A stretch of 64,000 bases of DNA, from the IMG/VR virus record IMGVR_UViG_3300005663_000044, positions 6,833-70,832 of that record; one strand, 5' to 3'. Numbering within the stretch: the first letter of the stretch is position 1; every line of letters begins with the position of its first letter. The DNA comes from a virus. Positions 35,116 through 45,359 of the stretch are shown here, piece after piece. Position numbers and translations under genes: made by a program. Below the pieces are notes generated by a model. That model did no database searches and was not told the DNA's origin. It saw only the letters and a program-made list of their open reading frames with translations.

Positions 35116-35736
35116 ATGCCACTTACCGTAGACGAACTCCGCAACGAGATTGCACACCATCTTCAAGACCCGGCCAAGCGACTGGTAAACCAAGCCCAAC
35201 TTCTTGAGTTCATTGACTCTGCAGCCTGGGATGCAGCCGCGGAAGGATGGCTCCTTAGCACTCAAGACGAGAGCCTGTCCTTAGGCTCTAGCGACTTTGA
35301 GTATGACGTACCCTCTGGTCTAGCCTATATCCACGAAATCTGGCAGGAAACCACGGCCGCGACTGGTATCTACGATGACTTCATTCCCTGGCATCAGTGG
35401 GAGATTGTTCTCGATGCTTCGGGTACACCGGCGATACACTTCAGTCGAGAGACCTTCACCGTCGTCAGTGGCGTTGACCTGAGGCTCAAGGGTCAGACCC
35501 GTCCCACGTCGGAATACAGTTCTGGGAGTTCGAGTATCGACGCAGGTATGGAGAGCTTCATTCGGGAACGGGCTATCGCTTACGCTGCCAGAAATCTGTC
35601 CCGGCATGGCGGCGCCCATGCTCAACAGTATGCTCAGCTCGCTCAGGAGGCTCAAACAATCAGCGAATCCCTTCTACAGCAACAGGCTGAGTTTTTTAGG
35701 CCCAAGAGGTACTCGCGCGCGGTTCCAGGGCGCTAA
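35116..35736 (+). CDS. head-tail adaptor / tail tubular protein A-like, paralog 1
   Basis: 'TVDELRNEI...LLEFIDSA...EYDVPS' pattern. Confidence 0.65.
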   Translation: MPLTVDELRNEIAHHLQDPAKRLVNQAQLLEFIDSAAWDAAAEGWLLSTQDESLSLGSSDFEYDVPSGLAYIHEIWQETTAATGIYDDFIPWHQWEIVLDASGTPAIHFSRETFTVVSGVDLRLKGQTRPTSEYSSGSSSIDAGMESFIRERAIAYAARNLSRHGGAHAQQYAQLAQEAQTISESLLQQQAEFFRPKRYSRAVPGR

Positions 35737-35760
35737 CGCGCTGAGTGTGCTCTCAGCGCG
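35737..35760. other. GC-rich hairpin
   Basis: CGCGCTGAG-TGTGCT-CTCAGCGCG between the two adaptor genes. Confidence 0.5.
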
Positions 35761-35785
35761 GGAGATAAGGATATAGAGGTATAAA

Positions 35786-36670
35786 GTGTCCACAGTCAAT
35801 GAACTTTTGTTGGATATCGCGCTAAACGTTGGCGACCCCATGTTGGAGCGTATTAAAGAGTCGCACGTCCTAGGCTTTATCAACCGCGCGGCCCGTGACC
35901 TAATTAACGCTGGTTGGCTACTTCCTCAGGCACATGCTGAAAACATCGAGCTCCGATCTGATGAGTGGGAGTACGACGTGCCGGCTCTGTTTGCTTATAT
36001 TGAGGAGATAAGGCTTGGAGACAAGACGGTAGGCACTGCGGCGACAATAGCTACAGGGGTACTCCTTGATGGGGCGATAGCTGACACCACTACCACGCTC
36101 GCTACTGTAGACGATTCCTCTATCTTTGCCGTCAACGACCTTATTCAGATTGATACTGAAATCATGTTGGTGACGGCCGTCCCTACTGCTACAACTCTGA
36201 CGATTACACGCGGTTACTATAGCACCACAGCTGCCTCACATTTGGACGATGCTAGTGTGTTGCGCCCTCACGCGGACACCATCTTTGACTACGTGATCCC
36301 CCGTCCCTACTGGCGCATCAAGACCCAAACCGGTGGGGCGAATACAACTACGGCAGCACTGGCTTCACGACCTCAGTTCGTATTCCACTCCAGGTTCTTT
36401 AGCTTTACTGCTGGTACTCCCCTCCAGATTGTAGGTCAGCGCCGGCCGAACACCTATACATCCGGGTTGACTACTATTGACGCTCATATGGAGAGTTTCA
36501 TTGTGGAGAGGGCTACGGCCTATGCAGCTAGGTTCCTCTTCGCGGCTGGAGATCATCAGCACCTGGATATTGTATACCGGGAATCAATGGCTACAAGTGA
36601 TGCATTCTTTGGGTACCACCCGGCAGAATTCCGTGTAAAGCCCAGTAGTACAAGAGTCCCAGGCCGATAG
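35786..36670 (+). CDS. head-tail adaptor paralog 2 with inserted beta domain
   Basis: Shares EYDVP, MESFI.ERA.AYAAR and VPGR with 35116, plus an insert of about 75 aa. Confidence 0.65.
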   Translation: MSTVNELLLDIALNVGDPMLERIKESHVLGFINRAARDLINAGWLLPQAHAENIELRSDEWEYDVPALFAYIEEIRLGDKTVGTAATIATGVLLDGAIADTTTTLATVDDSSIFAVNDLIQIDTEIMLVTAVPTATTLTITRGYYSTTAASHLDDASVLRPHADTIFDYVIPRPYWRIKTQTGGANTTTAALASRPQFVFHSRFFSFTAGTPLQIVGQRRPNTYTSGLTTIDAHMESFIVERATAYAARFLFAAGDHQHLDIVYRESMATSDAFFGYHPAEFRVKPSSTRVPGR

Positions 36671-36689
36671 TTGGTATACTAGGATAGCA

Positions 36690-37187
36690 ATGGTAGCACC
36701 ACGAAGATTCTGTATTCATGGACATGACACATGGGAAACAGGACGCTATCGCCCTGGTGGTCAATGTCGTGTGTGTGCTCTTCAACGTAGCCGGGAAGCA
36801 AGGCTCCGAGACCCGGTTCGTCAGAACGAGTTAAAACGCCGCTGGCGAAAACTAAACCCTGATAAACAAAAGGCGGCTGAGGCAAAATGGCGGCGCGACA
36901 ATCGTCTCTATGACTCTCTGCGAGGAGCCCGACGACGAAGCATTCAAGGTAATACCCGCATTAGTCAGGTCTTGGCCCAGACAATAGCGGATTATTACGG
37001 GCCTTGGTGTGTTTATTGTGGCGCCCCTTTTTCAGGATTTGACCATCTTCAGCCTCTTAGTCGTGGGGGGTTGCATGTAGCTGAAAATCTCGCACCCTGT
37101 TGTCAGTCCTGCAACAGTGTGAAGGGAGACCGTCCTATTTGGGTAATGCTTGGGCAGGAGGAGGTGATGAAGCGTGTCACCACATAG
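36690..37187 (+). CDS. HNH homing endonuclease
   Basis: CVYCG...DHLQPLSRGGLH...NL...CQSCNSVKG; N-terminal CIHGH. Confidence 0.9.
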   Translation: MVAPRRFCIHGHDTWETGRYRPGGQCRVCALQRSREARLRDPVRQNELKRRWRKLNPDKQKAAEAKWRRDNRLYDSLRGARRRSIQGNTRISQVLAQTIADYYGPWCVYCGAPFSGFDHLQPLSRGGLHVAENLAPCCQSCNSVKGDRPIWVMLGQEEVMKRVTT

Positions 37188-39186
37188 TAGTGACGCTGTT
37201 GTAGACAACGGTGAATACCAGGACGATACTATCAAACTGAACGGCGTCGAACTAGCCGTTGATAGTCCCATTCGTGGGGGAATGGTGAGTGAGTTCTCGA
37301 CTGGTCTAAAGGTGGGGAAGGCCACCTATGACGAGAGGGAACATGCCTTTTGGATGGTCTTCGATGACTTTTCTGCCGGCTTTGGCTTCCGCCAGGCCGA
37401 AGTAAGAGAGGCCGGGGGAACACACTGGGACAACGTAGGTGGAGTAGACCTGCGGCGCCCACGGCATATTACTTTACCTCCCCTGCGAACGACTGTTGAC
37501 CCAAGTGTTGATCCCGGGACAACTGGGCTATTTAAGTCTCCTTCTTACTCAGTCTTCCACACCGATTTGGGCCCCGATGCTGCTGGTAATATTTATGTCG
37601 CTATCCTTGATTCCGTTTATACACTAGATAGTACCCGTGCCACCTTAACCCGCAGACATCAGCAGGCCGGCATTCGTTACGAGTCTGTGATGGAAGGTGT
37701 CACATCAGCAGGGATACGATTTCTCCTTGCAATTGGTCGTATCGGCACCGGTGCCTTGGAATACTCACGTTCGACTGATGGGGTGACCTGGATAGATTCC
37801 TCAAACCTACCCGCCACACCTAATGCTTCGGTACAATTGTCTGCTGCTATTTGGTGGGATGGGTTAGTAATTGCTCATGGTGAAGGAGACGCCATTATTG
37901 GTTCCTCCGATGGAATTGCTTGGAACGTGGATTCTGCAGGAGCACTCGACCCTCATTGGCATACTGGTGATGTATCCGTCGTATTCCTGGGTACAGCAAT
38001 GGCGCCTTGGGGAGCCAGTGCTGTCTACTTCCTTAGCCAAGGTAAACTCTGGATTCTTGACTGGTATGTGTACAATGCCGTTGAGGTAAAAGATGTTGGG
38101 GACGGCAACGGACTCACAACCGGTACGGTATGGAATGGATCGGTATTCGTTACAGATGGAGTGAATGTTTGGGAATACAACCCGGGTAATGCTCAAACAG
38201 TACGTCGTGTAGGTCTGTTTGGAAAAGACGGGTCTCCCCCAAGCGCCCATGAGAACTCCAATAGTTACCATATCCAGTTCTTTATCCCGGGTTCATCAGA
38301 CTTGTTAGCGGTCTGTCGTAGTCTAACTTCTCCTCGTAGTTGGCGCCTTGTAGTTTACAACGGGGTCGGCTGGAGTTGGCTAGGGCCAGAGGTAGCAAGT
38401 TCCCAGCCCTACGGGGGACTTGTAGATTTTTTCCCTACTAGCGTCTCTCTCACTGCTGTATCCCATGCTATAGACATTGCAGCTCTAGATGATCAAAGTG
38501 GGACTGATTTTACTCTACATACCTTTGAACTACCCACATTAGGGGATATTCCAATCTATGGGGCAGGTCAAGCATTTGAGAATGGCCCCTTATCCTTCGA
38601 AACCGGGTGGTTTGGTGGAGGCTTCATCGAATTAGAAGGTATTCTTATTAGAATGTCTATTGATGGTTACCGCCTCAGTGCAGATGAAACAGTTCGTGTA
38701 GAATACCGCCTCAATAACAATGAGGAGGCAAGCTACGAGGACTTAGGAACCTACACACAAAACCAGCAGGAAATTTGGTTTAACCCAGACCACCGCGGCC
38801 TTGCCTTTCGTTCAGTACAATTTCGTATATCTCTTGACCGTGGATCGACTACTGATCGAACACCAATACTTCATGCGCTTGTTCTTCTCTTTGACAAGGT
38901 GCCACATATTAGGACATCCTGGACAGTACGTATTGACTTGAGTCGGACAGTGGAGCGGGCCTTCGTTCTAGAACATGAGGAGCCGGCCACAGTTGAGGGT
39001 ATTTGGCAGTTTCTGAAATCCTTAGTGAACACCCCCCGCCTCATCAAAATGGAGATACCTTCGTTAGAGAGTGGAGGAGTAAATGTTCGAATTACTGACC
39101 TCCCAGCTACTATCAGCGAGTTTAGAAGTGCTGCGGGTGGGCGTGGATTTATTGAATTGCAGCTCATCGAAACGGCAGGCCCATAG
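37174..39186 (+). CDS. tail nozzle / tail tubular protein B-like
   Basis: 670-aa beta-propeller-like protein; C-terminal 'FETGWFGGG...FRSVQFRI'. Confidence 0.65.
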   Translation: MSPHSSDAVVDNGEYQDDTIKLNGVELAVDSPIRGGMVSEFSTGLKVGKATYDEREHAFWMVFDDFSAGFGFRQAEVREAGGTHWDNVGGVDLRRPRHITLPPLRTTVDPSVDPGTTGLFKSPSYSVFHTDLGPDAAGNIYVAILDSVYTLDSTRATLTRRHQQAGIRYESVMEGVTSAGIRFLLAIGRIGTGALEYSRSTDGVTWIDSSNLPATPNASVQLSAAIWWDGLVIAHGEGDAIIGSSDGIAWNVDSAGALDPHWHTGDVSVVFLGTAMAPWGASAVYFLSQGKLWILDWYVYNAVEVKDVGDGNGLTTGTVWNGSVFVTDGVNVWEYNPGNAQTVRRVGLFGKDGSPPSAHENSNSYHIQFFIPGSSDLLAVCRSLTSPRSWRLVVYNGVGWSWLGPEVASSQPYGGLVDFFPTSVSLTAVSHAIDIAALDDQSGTDFTLHTFELPTLGDIPIYGAGQAFENGPLSFETGWFGGGFIELEGILIRMSIDGYRLSADETVRVEYRLNNNEEASYEDLGTYTQNQQEIWFNPDHRGLAFRSVQFRISLDRGSTTDRTPILHALVLLFDKVPHIRTSWTVRIDLSRTVERAFVLEHEEPATVEGIWQFLKSLVNTPRLIKMEIPSLESGGVNVRITDLPATISEFRSAAGGRGFIELQLIETAGP

Positions 39187-39195
39187 GAGAATAAC

Positions 39196-39549
39196 GTGGC
39201 TTTTGCAGACCCAGAAAAGTATCGTAGTTACCACCGAGAGTACCAGCGGAAATGGAGAGCTGCCCATCCTGAACAGTCACGAGCTTTATTAAGGAAATCT
39301 CGACGACGCCTTCGGCAGCAAACTCTTGAACAATATGGGGGCTCTTGTGCTTGTTGTGGAGAAGACAAAGAGCCTTTTCTCGCACTAGATCATATTAATG
39401 GGATCAAGCCAAAGGGAGCTCCTCGCAGTAGTCCCGGTCTCTATAGATGGTTGCGGGAGAATAATTGGCCTGGAGGATTCCAGGTTCTATGCCATAATTG
39501 TAATATGGCGACAAGTCGGGGCAATATCTGCCCCCACCAGGAGGTGTAG
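39196..39549 (+). CDS. HNH-family endonuclease
   Basis: YGGSCACCGE...LDHING...FQVLCHNCN...CPH. Confidence 0.85.
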   Translation: MAFADPEKYRSYHREYQRKWRAAHPEQSRALLRKSRRRLRQQTLEQYGGSCACCGEDKEPFLALDHINGIKPKGAPRSSPGLYRWLRENNWPGGFQVLCHNCNMATSRGNICPHQEV

Positions 39550-39551
39550 TC

Positions 39552-40118
39552 ATGGCTCGCCGGCCTGGAGAATTAAGTGTCCGTCCTCTACTTGTAAGTC
39601 CCCGGCGCCCCCGTACACCCGGCCAAGCAGAAGCCGCTGAGCGTGAAGGACGCGAGCTCAGACCTCTGTCCGGCTCGGGGTTCCCTATTCCTCCCGAGCA
39701 GGAGGAAGCCCTCTTACAGAGATTTGAGGTATGGAAGGCGAAGTGGAATGGTTCACTTCCTGAATTCATTGTTTGGGAATTCCTAACTATAGATAAGAAA
39801 CAGATACCAGATGTGGACTTCCTTTTTCAGCATGGTATCTTTGGAGGGCGCACTCGTTTTGGTGGCTACATCCTCGACTATTTTCTGGAACGTAGGCTTG
39901 AGGGTTGGAGGGTTATGGGGGAACGGTTCCACCTTGAACAGCCAGAGGATCGTGCCCGGGACTTTATTATGAAGACCCAACTTATGAGCCAAGGAATCAA
40001 GGTTATTGATCTGTGGGAGACAGACCTCCTAACGAGGAGAGACTTCGTGCTCTCGCTTGCTTGGGAGCGAAGTGCCAGCGTGAAGTCTAGGGCGCCATTC
40101 GGGAGTACAGGAGGTTAG
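39552..40118 (+). CDS. DUF559/Vsr-like PD-(D/E)XK nuclease-fold protein
   Basis: 'SLPEFIVW...FQ...LDY...GERFH...RD...GIKVIDLWE' pattern. Confidence 0.6.
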   Translation: MARRPGELSVRPLLVSPRRPRTPGQAEAAEREGRELRPLSGSGFPIPPEQEEALLQRFEVWKAKWNGSLPEFIVWEFLTIDKKQIPDVDFLFQHGIFGGRTRFGGYILDYFLERRLEGWRVMGERFHLEQPEDRARDFIMKTQLMSQGIKVIDLWETDLLTRRDFVLSLAWERSASVKSRAPFGSTGG

Positions 40119-40120
40119 CA

Positions 40121-42943
40121 ATGGCATGGTTCAGAGTAGTTGCGGTTAATGAGGATGCGAGGCCGCTCGCAGGGGTCGACGTAGAGGCTATTGACCTAAC
40201 AGATCGCACGACAAGTTCAGTAGAAACTACAAACCGTGCCGGCGAGGTTCTCTTTACCGATCTTACAGGCCCTCACTTTTTCCGGGCTAGGGCCCGGCGT
40301 ACCTCAGGACAGGTAGGTGGACGCTCGTTTACTGGACGAGTGGAAATACAAGTTGTTGGTTTTGACACCAACTGTATGGACTTCACTGTTGACTCAGATG
40401 GTGGTGGTACCCACACCACACTAGCTGCGGCGGTTGCGGATGCGATCACCGCGGCTGGAGCCTCGGGTGCTCGAACTATCTGGCTCTGTGGTAGTGTAAC
40501 AGAAGGAAGTATTGACATTGGAGGCATGGGGGCTAGTGCCACGATTATCATCACTTCCCCCGACCGCTTACGTGTCACAATTACCGCACCGACCAGTGAG
40601 GATATCTTTATTCAAGGTTCTACTGGAGGAAACACAAATGGTGTCCTCCTCTTTAGGAACATAGGACTGGCCCCAGACTCTGCTAATGCTCTAGCTATCT
40701 ATGATGTGAATACAGGCAATGAAGTAAGAAATATTAGTTTTGAGAACTGTAACTTTGCAACGGCTGGATATATTCTCCGACAGGACGGTAGTGACTCTCT
40801 CGGTAATGTTGACTTAAGAGTAGAGAATTGTACTGGTACCCTTGCCGGCTTTTTCTTAGTGGCAGGCACTAGTGCAACTTTCGCCCCCGATACACTAGTA
40901 GCTCTGAATAATGTTCTTACTATTACACGGTGGTGGCACTTTACCGGAGGGACGGCCCCGTCCCCTGACCGGTTACGAGTTATTAGTGGGGTGTACACTG
41001 TTGCAAACGGATTAGCTCTTGCTAATGGGAGCAACGAATACCATTGGAAGAACCTTGTTATCTTCTACACTGGATCAGGTGTAGCCTTCAGTACCGCGGC
41101 CGGTTCTGCTAGCATAGACGATATCACATTCGATAACATTGTCATCCGTTTTGACAATAGCGCCGGTACGTTCGGAGACTTCGGTAGTGCCGCCATCAAC
41201 AATAATGACGGTCTTTACATTAAAAACATCTATGGCTACCCGCTGACCTCAATGGATGGCGGTACAACGTTCATTACAGTAGATACGGACTATCTAAATG
41301 TGCATGTAGGCAACTCCTTTGGTAACGGATTTGCCACCCAATATTCAGGACTAACCGGTGTCGGTGATGACCACGGTCTGCTGACGGGACTAAGCGATGA
41401 TGACCATACTCAGTATGTACTGTTGGCCGGCCGTTCGGGGGGACAGACTATTCGAGGGGGTACTGCCGCCCGGGAGCGTCTTCTACTTCGGAGTACGGCG
41501 TCGGGAGTAGAAGTCGGACGTATCGAATTTGAAGACCCTACCTTCCACGCCGGGTTTGGCGGGCATTACTACTTCCGTATCATTGACGATACTCCTGGAG
41601 GCTTCTGGCGTCTTGGTGACGCATCGGGTGATCTGGCCGACAGCAGTGGAAATGGTAATACTGGCTCACCAAATGGCGGGATTACCTATGGTGTTACAGG
41701 TACCATCACGGGTGATAGTGACGATGCTATTACACTGAATGGTACTACAGGGTACATCTCAGCTACGGACAAGGCTAGTCTCGACTTAGGTGATGGCCCA
41801 TTCACCCTAGAGGCATGGATTAAGAAGGCCGCTGATGGCTCTTTCATGACCATTATTGCAAAGGGTTCCGGCGCCTACCAGCTTAGAATGTCTGATGCGA
41901 ACACACTCCAACTCCTACGTGAGAACACTTCTATACTGGTGAGTTCCACCTCTACTACCACGGGTACGGGTTGGCATCATGTAGTGGCTACGAAGACTGG
42001 GGCCACTGTTCTTCTATACATTGATGGGGTGGATGTGACAGGTGCGGTTACTAATGATACGATGGTCGACACGAATGACGACTTCCATATTGGACGAAGA
42101 GTAGCAGCCTCTGATGAATTCTTTAATGGGTCTCTAGATGAGGTGGCTGTCTACCCAACCGTACTCACGGCCACTCAGGTCTTAGAGCACTATAACGCCG
42201 GTGTAGGCGACCCTCTGGGGATTGTTTCCCGGGTTAACTTTGATACTGGCGACTTCCTCGATTACAGCCGGACAAACAACTTCTTCTCCTGGGCCATTGG
42301 GCAGACAGAGCAGGCCCGCCTCGATAGCAGTGGTCAGCTCCAGCTCCCAATCACTGGATCGGGCGCCGGAATTGTTATTGGAGGGGATGCTCAGTGGTAC
42401 CGATCAGCCGCAGATACCCTCCGTACACCAGATGCTGTCGTAATTGATGGTGCGCTTACGGGGGTGTCAGCAGACCTCAGTGGTAATATCAACCTCGTAG
42501 GTGACCTGACGTTTGATGGCGAGGGAGGCGTAGGGGCCCCTGCCTCACTGACTACTGAGATCAAGCAGAGCATTACAGGCACCACTCCCAATCGAGCCGT
42601 AACTGTTTACTTTGATGCTACAAGTGAAGGAGGAACAGACAACATAATATTTCGCTTCGGACGGCTATCAGCAGCAGGTGCTAGTGTCCTCACACAGTTC
42701 CTTGATGGAGCGGCAGAAGCTGTGCGGATAGACCATACCGCTAAGAAGTTGACTGTGTTCGGTGAAGTGGAGATTGACGGGGCATTGAATCATGATGGCT
42801 CTACTGTAGGATTCTACGGCACTGCCCCCATAGCCAAGCCTGCTGTGACCGGAGCGAGGGATAATCCTGAAGGCGCTCTGGCTGATCTACTGACCGAACT
42901 AGCAAATTTGGGACTCATCACAGATAGCAGCACCGCTAGCTAA
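40121..42943 (+). CDS. tail fibre/spike with beta-helix and LamG (ConA-like) domain
   Basis: 'DDHGLLTGLSDDDHTQY' linker; LamG 'FTLEAWIK...WHHVVAT...LYIDG...LDEVAVY'. Confidence 0.85.
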   Translation: MAWFRVVAVNEDARPLAGVDVEAIDLTDRTTSSVETTNRAGEVLFTDLTGPHFFRARARRTSGQVGGRSFTGRVEIQVVGFDTNCMDFTVDSDGGGTHTTLAAAVADAITAAGASGARTIWLCGSVTEGSIDIGGMGASATIIITSPDRLRVTITAPTSEDIFIQGSTGGNTNGVLLFRNIGLAPDSANALAIYDVNTGNEVRNISFENCNFATAGYILRQDGSDSLGNVDLRVENCTGTLAGFFLVAGTSATFAPDTLVALNNVLTITRWWHFTGGTAPSPDRLRVISGVYTVANGLALANGSNEYHWKNLVIFYTGSGVAFSTAAGSASIDDITFDNIVIRFDNSAGTFGDFGSAAINNNDGLYIKNIYGYPLTSMDGGTTFITVDTDYLNVHVGNSFGNGFATQYSGLTGVGDDHGLLTGLSDDDHTQYVLLAGRSGGQTIRGGTAARERLLLRSTASGVEVGRIEFEDPTFHAGFGGHYYFRIIDDTPGGFWRLGDASGDLADSSGNGNTGSPNGGITYGVTGTITGDSDDAITLNGTTGYISATDKASLDLGDGPFTLEAWIKKAADGSFMTIIAKGSGAYQLRMSDANTLQLLRENTSILVSSTSTTTGTGWHHVVATKTGATVLLYIDGVDVTGAVTNDTMVDTNDDFHIGRRVAASDEFFNGSLDEVAVYPTVLTATQVLEHYNAGVGDPLGIVSRVNFDTGDFLDYSRTNNFFSWAIGQTEQARLDSSGQLQLPITGSGAGIVIGGDAQWYRSAADTLRTPDAVVIDGALTGVSADLSGNINLVGDLTFDGEGGVGAPASLTTEIKQSITGTTPNRAVTVYFDATSEGGTDNIIFRFGRLSAAGASVLTQFLDGAAEAVRIDHTAKKLTVFGEVEIDGALNHDGSTVGFYGTAPIAKPAVTGARDNPEGALADLLTELANLGLITDSSTAS

Positions 42944-42964
42944 ATATGGTAGAATGGAATTGAT

Positions 42965-43171
42965 ATGAAAGAAGCAGTTATCCGCGGTTCATTTTCCGCT
43001 CTGGCCGGCCTAGTGTTTGCAGCTACCTCATCAGAGTGGACGCTATGGGCTATTGAACAGCGTCGGTACTGGAAACTTATTCCGGCCGTGTTCCTGGCCT
43101 GCCTCACGGTGTTCGAGAGTGCTCAGGTTTGGAAGCGGGTCGACCATCTTATAGAGGAGGCCACTTCATGA
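42965..43171 (+). CDS. small membrane protein (holin-like candidate)
   Basis: Two hydrophobic segments; follows the tail fibre. Confidence 0.5.
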   Translation: MKEAVIRGSFSALAGLVFAATSSEWTLWAIEQRRYWKLIPAVFLACLTVFESAQVWKRVDHLIEEATS

Positions 43172-43422
43172 CGGCCGATGTCGACCACCAACTAGAGGAT
43201 ATTGCAGCGGATGTGCGGGAGCTCAAAGAGTGGACTGTTCGGCATGAGAAGCTCCACACGTCAGATCAAGACCTGTTGGCTGCAATTATCAATACCCTAG
43301 CAGAGCACCAAACTAATCACCACGGCAGGCTAACCTTCATCAAGCAGAGTGGGGTCATCACCGCTCTTCTCGCCACCATTGGGGGAATTGCCGAGCTCCT
43401 CCGTCGGCTGTTCCTCTCCTGA
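43168..43422 (+). CDS. coiled-coil protein with C-terminal TM (lysis-associated candidate)
   Basis: GAGGAGG RBS and ATGA overlap; C-terminal hydrophobic helix. Confidence 0.55.
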   Translation: MTADVDHQLEDIAADVRELKEWTVRHEKLHTSDQDLLAAIINTLAEHQTNHHGRLTFIKQSGVITALLATIGGIAELLRRLFLS

Positions 43423-43581
43423 GACTTCCTTGGGTTCTATCCCCTTTAGGGACATAACATTCAAGGCGGACTGCAACGTCTCTACCTTCCTAAACAATAA
43501 GTTCCGCTCAAAGGTCACCCGGCCCACACCTCGTCTATATGGATAGGGACGCTTGAGGATAGGGCCTTCCTGTTAGCTACA

Positions 43582-43914
43582 TTACTCATCGGTCGTCTTC
43601 TCCTTCGCAATAGTTATAAGTTCCCATCGTGTTTCTTCATATAAGATGAGGCTGATGATAGCATAGACAGCAAGATCACGGAAGCTGTCCTCTACTGCCT
43701 CGTTTGCAAGTTTACCTACCCGGGCAAACTTCTGAAGCCGGTGCATCTTATCTGTGGCGCGTAGGAGGCCCCCAATCCAGGGCTGTATACCCCAGTCAAG
43801 GCTCCCACGCACATTAGCAAACGGGTCAGAGTCGGTACCATAATCCTGCTGTTTTTTGTCGTGCATTTCCCCTAGTTCCCTAAGAATAGTATGAAATCTC
43901 TCGCTCCCACTCAT
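43582..43914 (-). CDS. nucleotide modification-associated domain protein (DUF1599/Nmad1-like, MazG-like fold)
   Basis: 'MHDKKQQDYG...DPFAN...DKMHRL...EAVEDSFRDLAVYAII'. Confidence 0.8.
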   Translation of the reverse strand: MSGSERFHTILRELGEMHDKKQQDYGTDSDPFANVRGSLDWGIQPWIGGLLRATDKMHRLQKFARVGKLANEAVEDSFRDLAVYAIISLILYEETRWELITIAKEKTTDE

Positions 43915-44120
43915 GTGGTATTCTCCTGCTCATCAATACGGGACTGACGATAGACGTTGAATCCACCTAGGCCGGCCATGGCAATCACGGCCGTTAGTAT
44001 AATATACTCGGTCAGAGGTAGAGGGTAGAGAACAGCAAGGCCAAGAAGAAGGCCAACTATCCCTCCTATAGCCCCCAACACCGCAGCTAGCTTCCTACTC
44101 GAAAGTCTCTGCAAGCTCAT
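43911..44120 (-). CDS. holin
   Basis: 'LSSRKL' start and two TM helices; directly downstream of the amidase. Confidence 0.65.
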   Translation of the reverse strand: MSLQRLSSRKLAAVLGAIGGIVGLLLGLAVLYPLPLTEYIILTAVIAMAGLGGFNVYRQSRIDEQENTT

Positions 44121-44991
44121 CTATGTCATCTCCCATCTGTCCCAATAAAGCAGCGAGTTTTGCTACGAACTCCCCTGTACTCCGATCAATAACACCCCCC
44201 GAGCTGTTGTGTACCGCGAGGTGTTCTGCAATGGCATCATTAGCTGCTTGTAGTCCGTCCCGGTTCGTCACTGCAATCTTCGCCACTTGTAAAATTTGCT
44301 TATATGTAGCGAACCCCTGGTGCTCAGTAGGCGAGCCATGATAAGCGTAGTGTAGGAGCTGGCTGAGCGTCACGGGCCCTGTTGCTCCCCAGATAGGAAC
44401 GTTTAGGGTTAGCATCTGCTTCAGCATTTCCTGGGGTGTCATATCGTCCTCCTCTAGGTCTACTACTCCTTGTTGAATTTTCTGGTGGGGGATACGGTGG
44501 GATGGGCAGGCAGTGGGTATAATCTCATTATGCTCCCACCGTCCCCGGTTGTCACCCGTGCGCCGCAGGTTAGGTAAGTGGCCCTGCTCAAGGAGCCACG
44601 CAGTCAGTTTGATAGCCGCCGCGACTTGCGCCTCGGTTAGTGGTTCCGACTCGTTACCTATAGGCCCACCCTCGAACTCTATACCGTCCAGATCACGGTT
44701 GTTACTTATCTCTCCTGCGGGGTCATCACGGTCGCCACAGTGCCAGGCCCAGGCTGTAACCTCGTAATGCTGTAGGGTTTCTCCACTCTTTAGGATACTG
44801 AACTGCCACGAACTTTCCTCAGAACCATTCAGCACAGCGACTGCGGAGGCCCATGATCCCACCATTGAGTGGTAAACGGTACCCTTCTTAGGGTGGGGCT
44901 GTCCTGACACCTTCCATGCAGGCCCGGGGTCGCGCCTAGCCCCTGGGAACCAGAGTTCATTCATAGAGAGTCCTCCTTCATGTCCTTCCAA
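44095..44991 (-). CDS. endolysin, N-acetylmuramoyl-L-alanine amidase (Amidase_2)
   Basis: YHS, AWHCG, GIEFEG, EHNE and TACP zinc-amidase motifs. The likely start is MNELWFPG. Confidence 0.85.
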   Translation of the reverse strand: MEGHEGGLSMNELWFPGARRDPGPAWKVSGQPHPKKGTVYHSMVGSWASAVAVLNGSEESSWQFSILKSGETLQHYEVTAWAWHCGDRDDPAGEISNNRDLDGIEFEGGPIGNESEPLTEAQVAAAIKLTAWLLEQGHLPNLRRTGDNRGRWEHNEIIPTACPSHRIPHQKIQQGVVDLEEDDMTPQEMLKQMLTLNVPIWGATGPVTLSQLLHYAYHGSPTEHQGFATYKQILQVAKIAVTNRDGLQAANDAIAEHLAVHNSSGGVIDRSTGEFVAKLAALLGQMGDDIDELAETFE

Positions 44992-45359
44992 AACGAAACT
45001 AGCAGGTCGAATTCCAGGTACTCAAAGTAAGGGATTGGTAATAATCGCGCCTGTTTCAATTCTAATACAGCCCCCTTTGAGTTCTCCCACCCGGGAATGA
45101 GAAGTAGCGCGGACGCCTGTTTAAGGAAGAGCATATCCATGTCATACCAGAACTCAGGTGGTGTGCTGGGGGATAGAACCTCCATATGGGCAGAGTTCAT
45201 ATGGGGACAGAAGAAGGGGATACCTTCTGTTACCAGTCGGGTGGCCCAGAGACGGGCCTCATTGATATGCTTGTCTATTTCGTAAAATGAGCGCCAATCG
45301 TGACCACCCCCCGCGGCCATGTAAGACCCGGCAATGTAAATGTAAGTCTTGTTTTTCAG
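44961..45359 (-). CDS. DUF4406 / nucleoside 2-deoxyribosyltransferase-like protein, probable CTG start
   Basis: 'TYIYIAGSY...CPHMN...IPGWENSKGAVLE'. AGGAG-7nt-CTG at 45359, with no ATG/GTG/TTG before the in-frame stop. Confidence 0.75.
   Translation of the reverse strand: MKNKTYIYIAGSYMAAGGGHDWRSFYEIDKHINEARLWATRLVTEGIPFFCPHMNSAHMEVLSPSTPPEFWYDMDMLFLKQASALLLIPGWENSKGAVLELKQARLLPIPYFEYLEFDLLVSFWKDMKEDSL

Noticed and set aside
44018-44034. 17-nt reverse-complement match between the holin gene and the 9583-9599 leader
   Set aside because: A single low-complexity purine-rich match, plausible by chance in a window this size.
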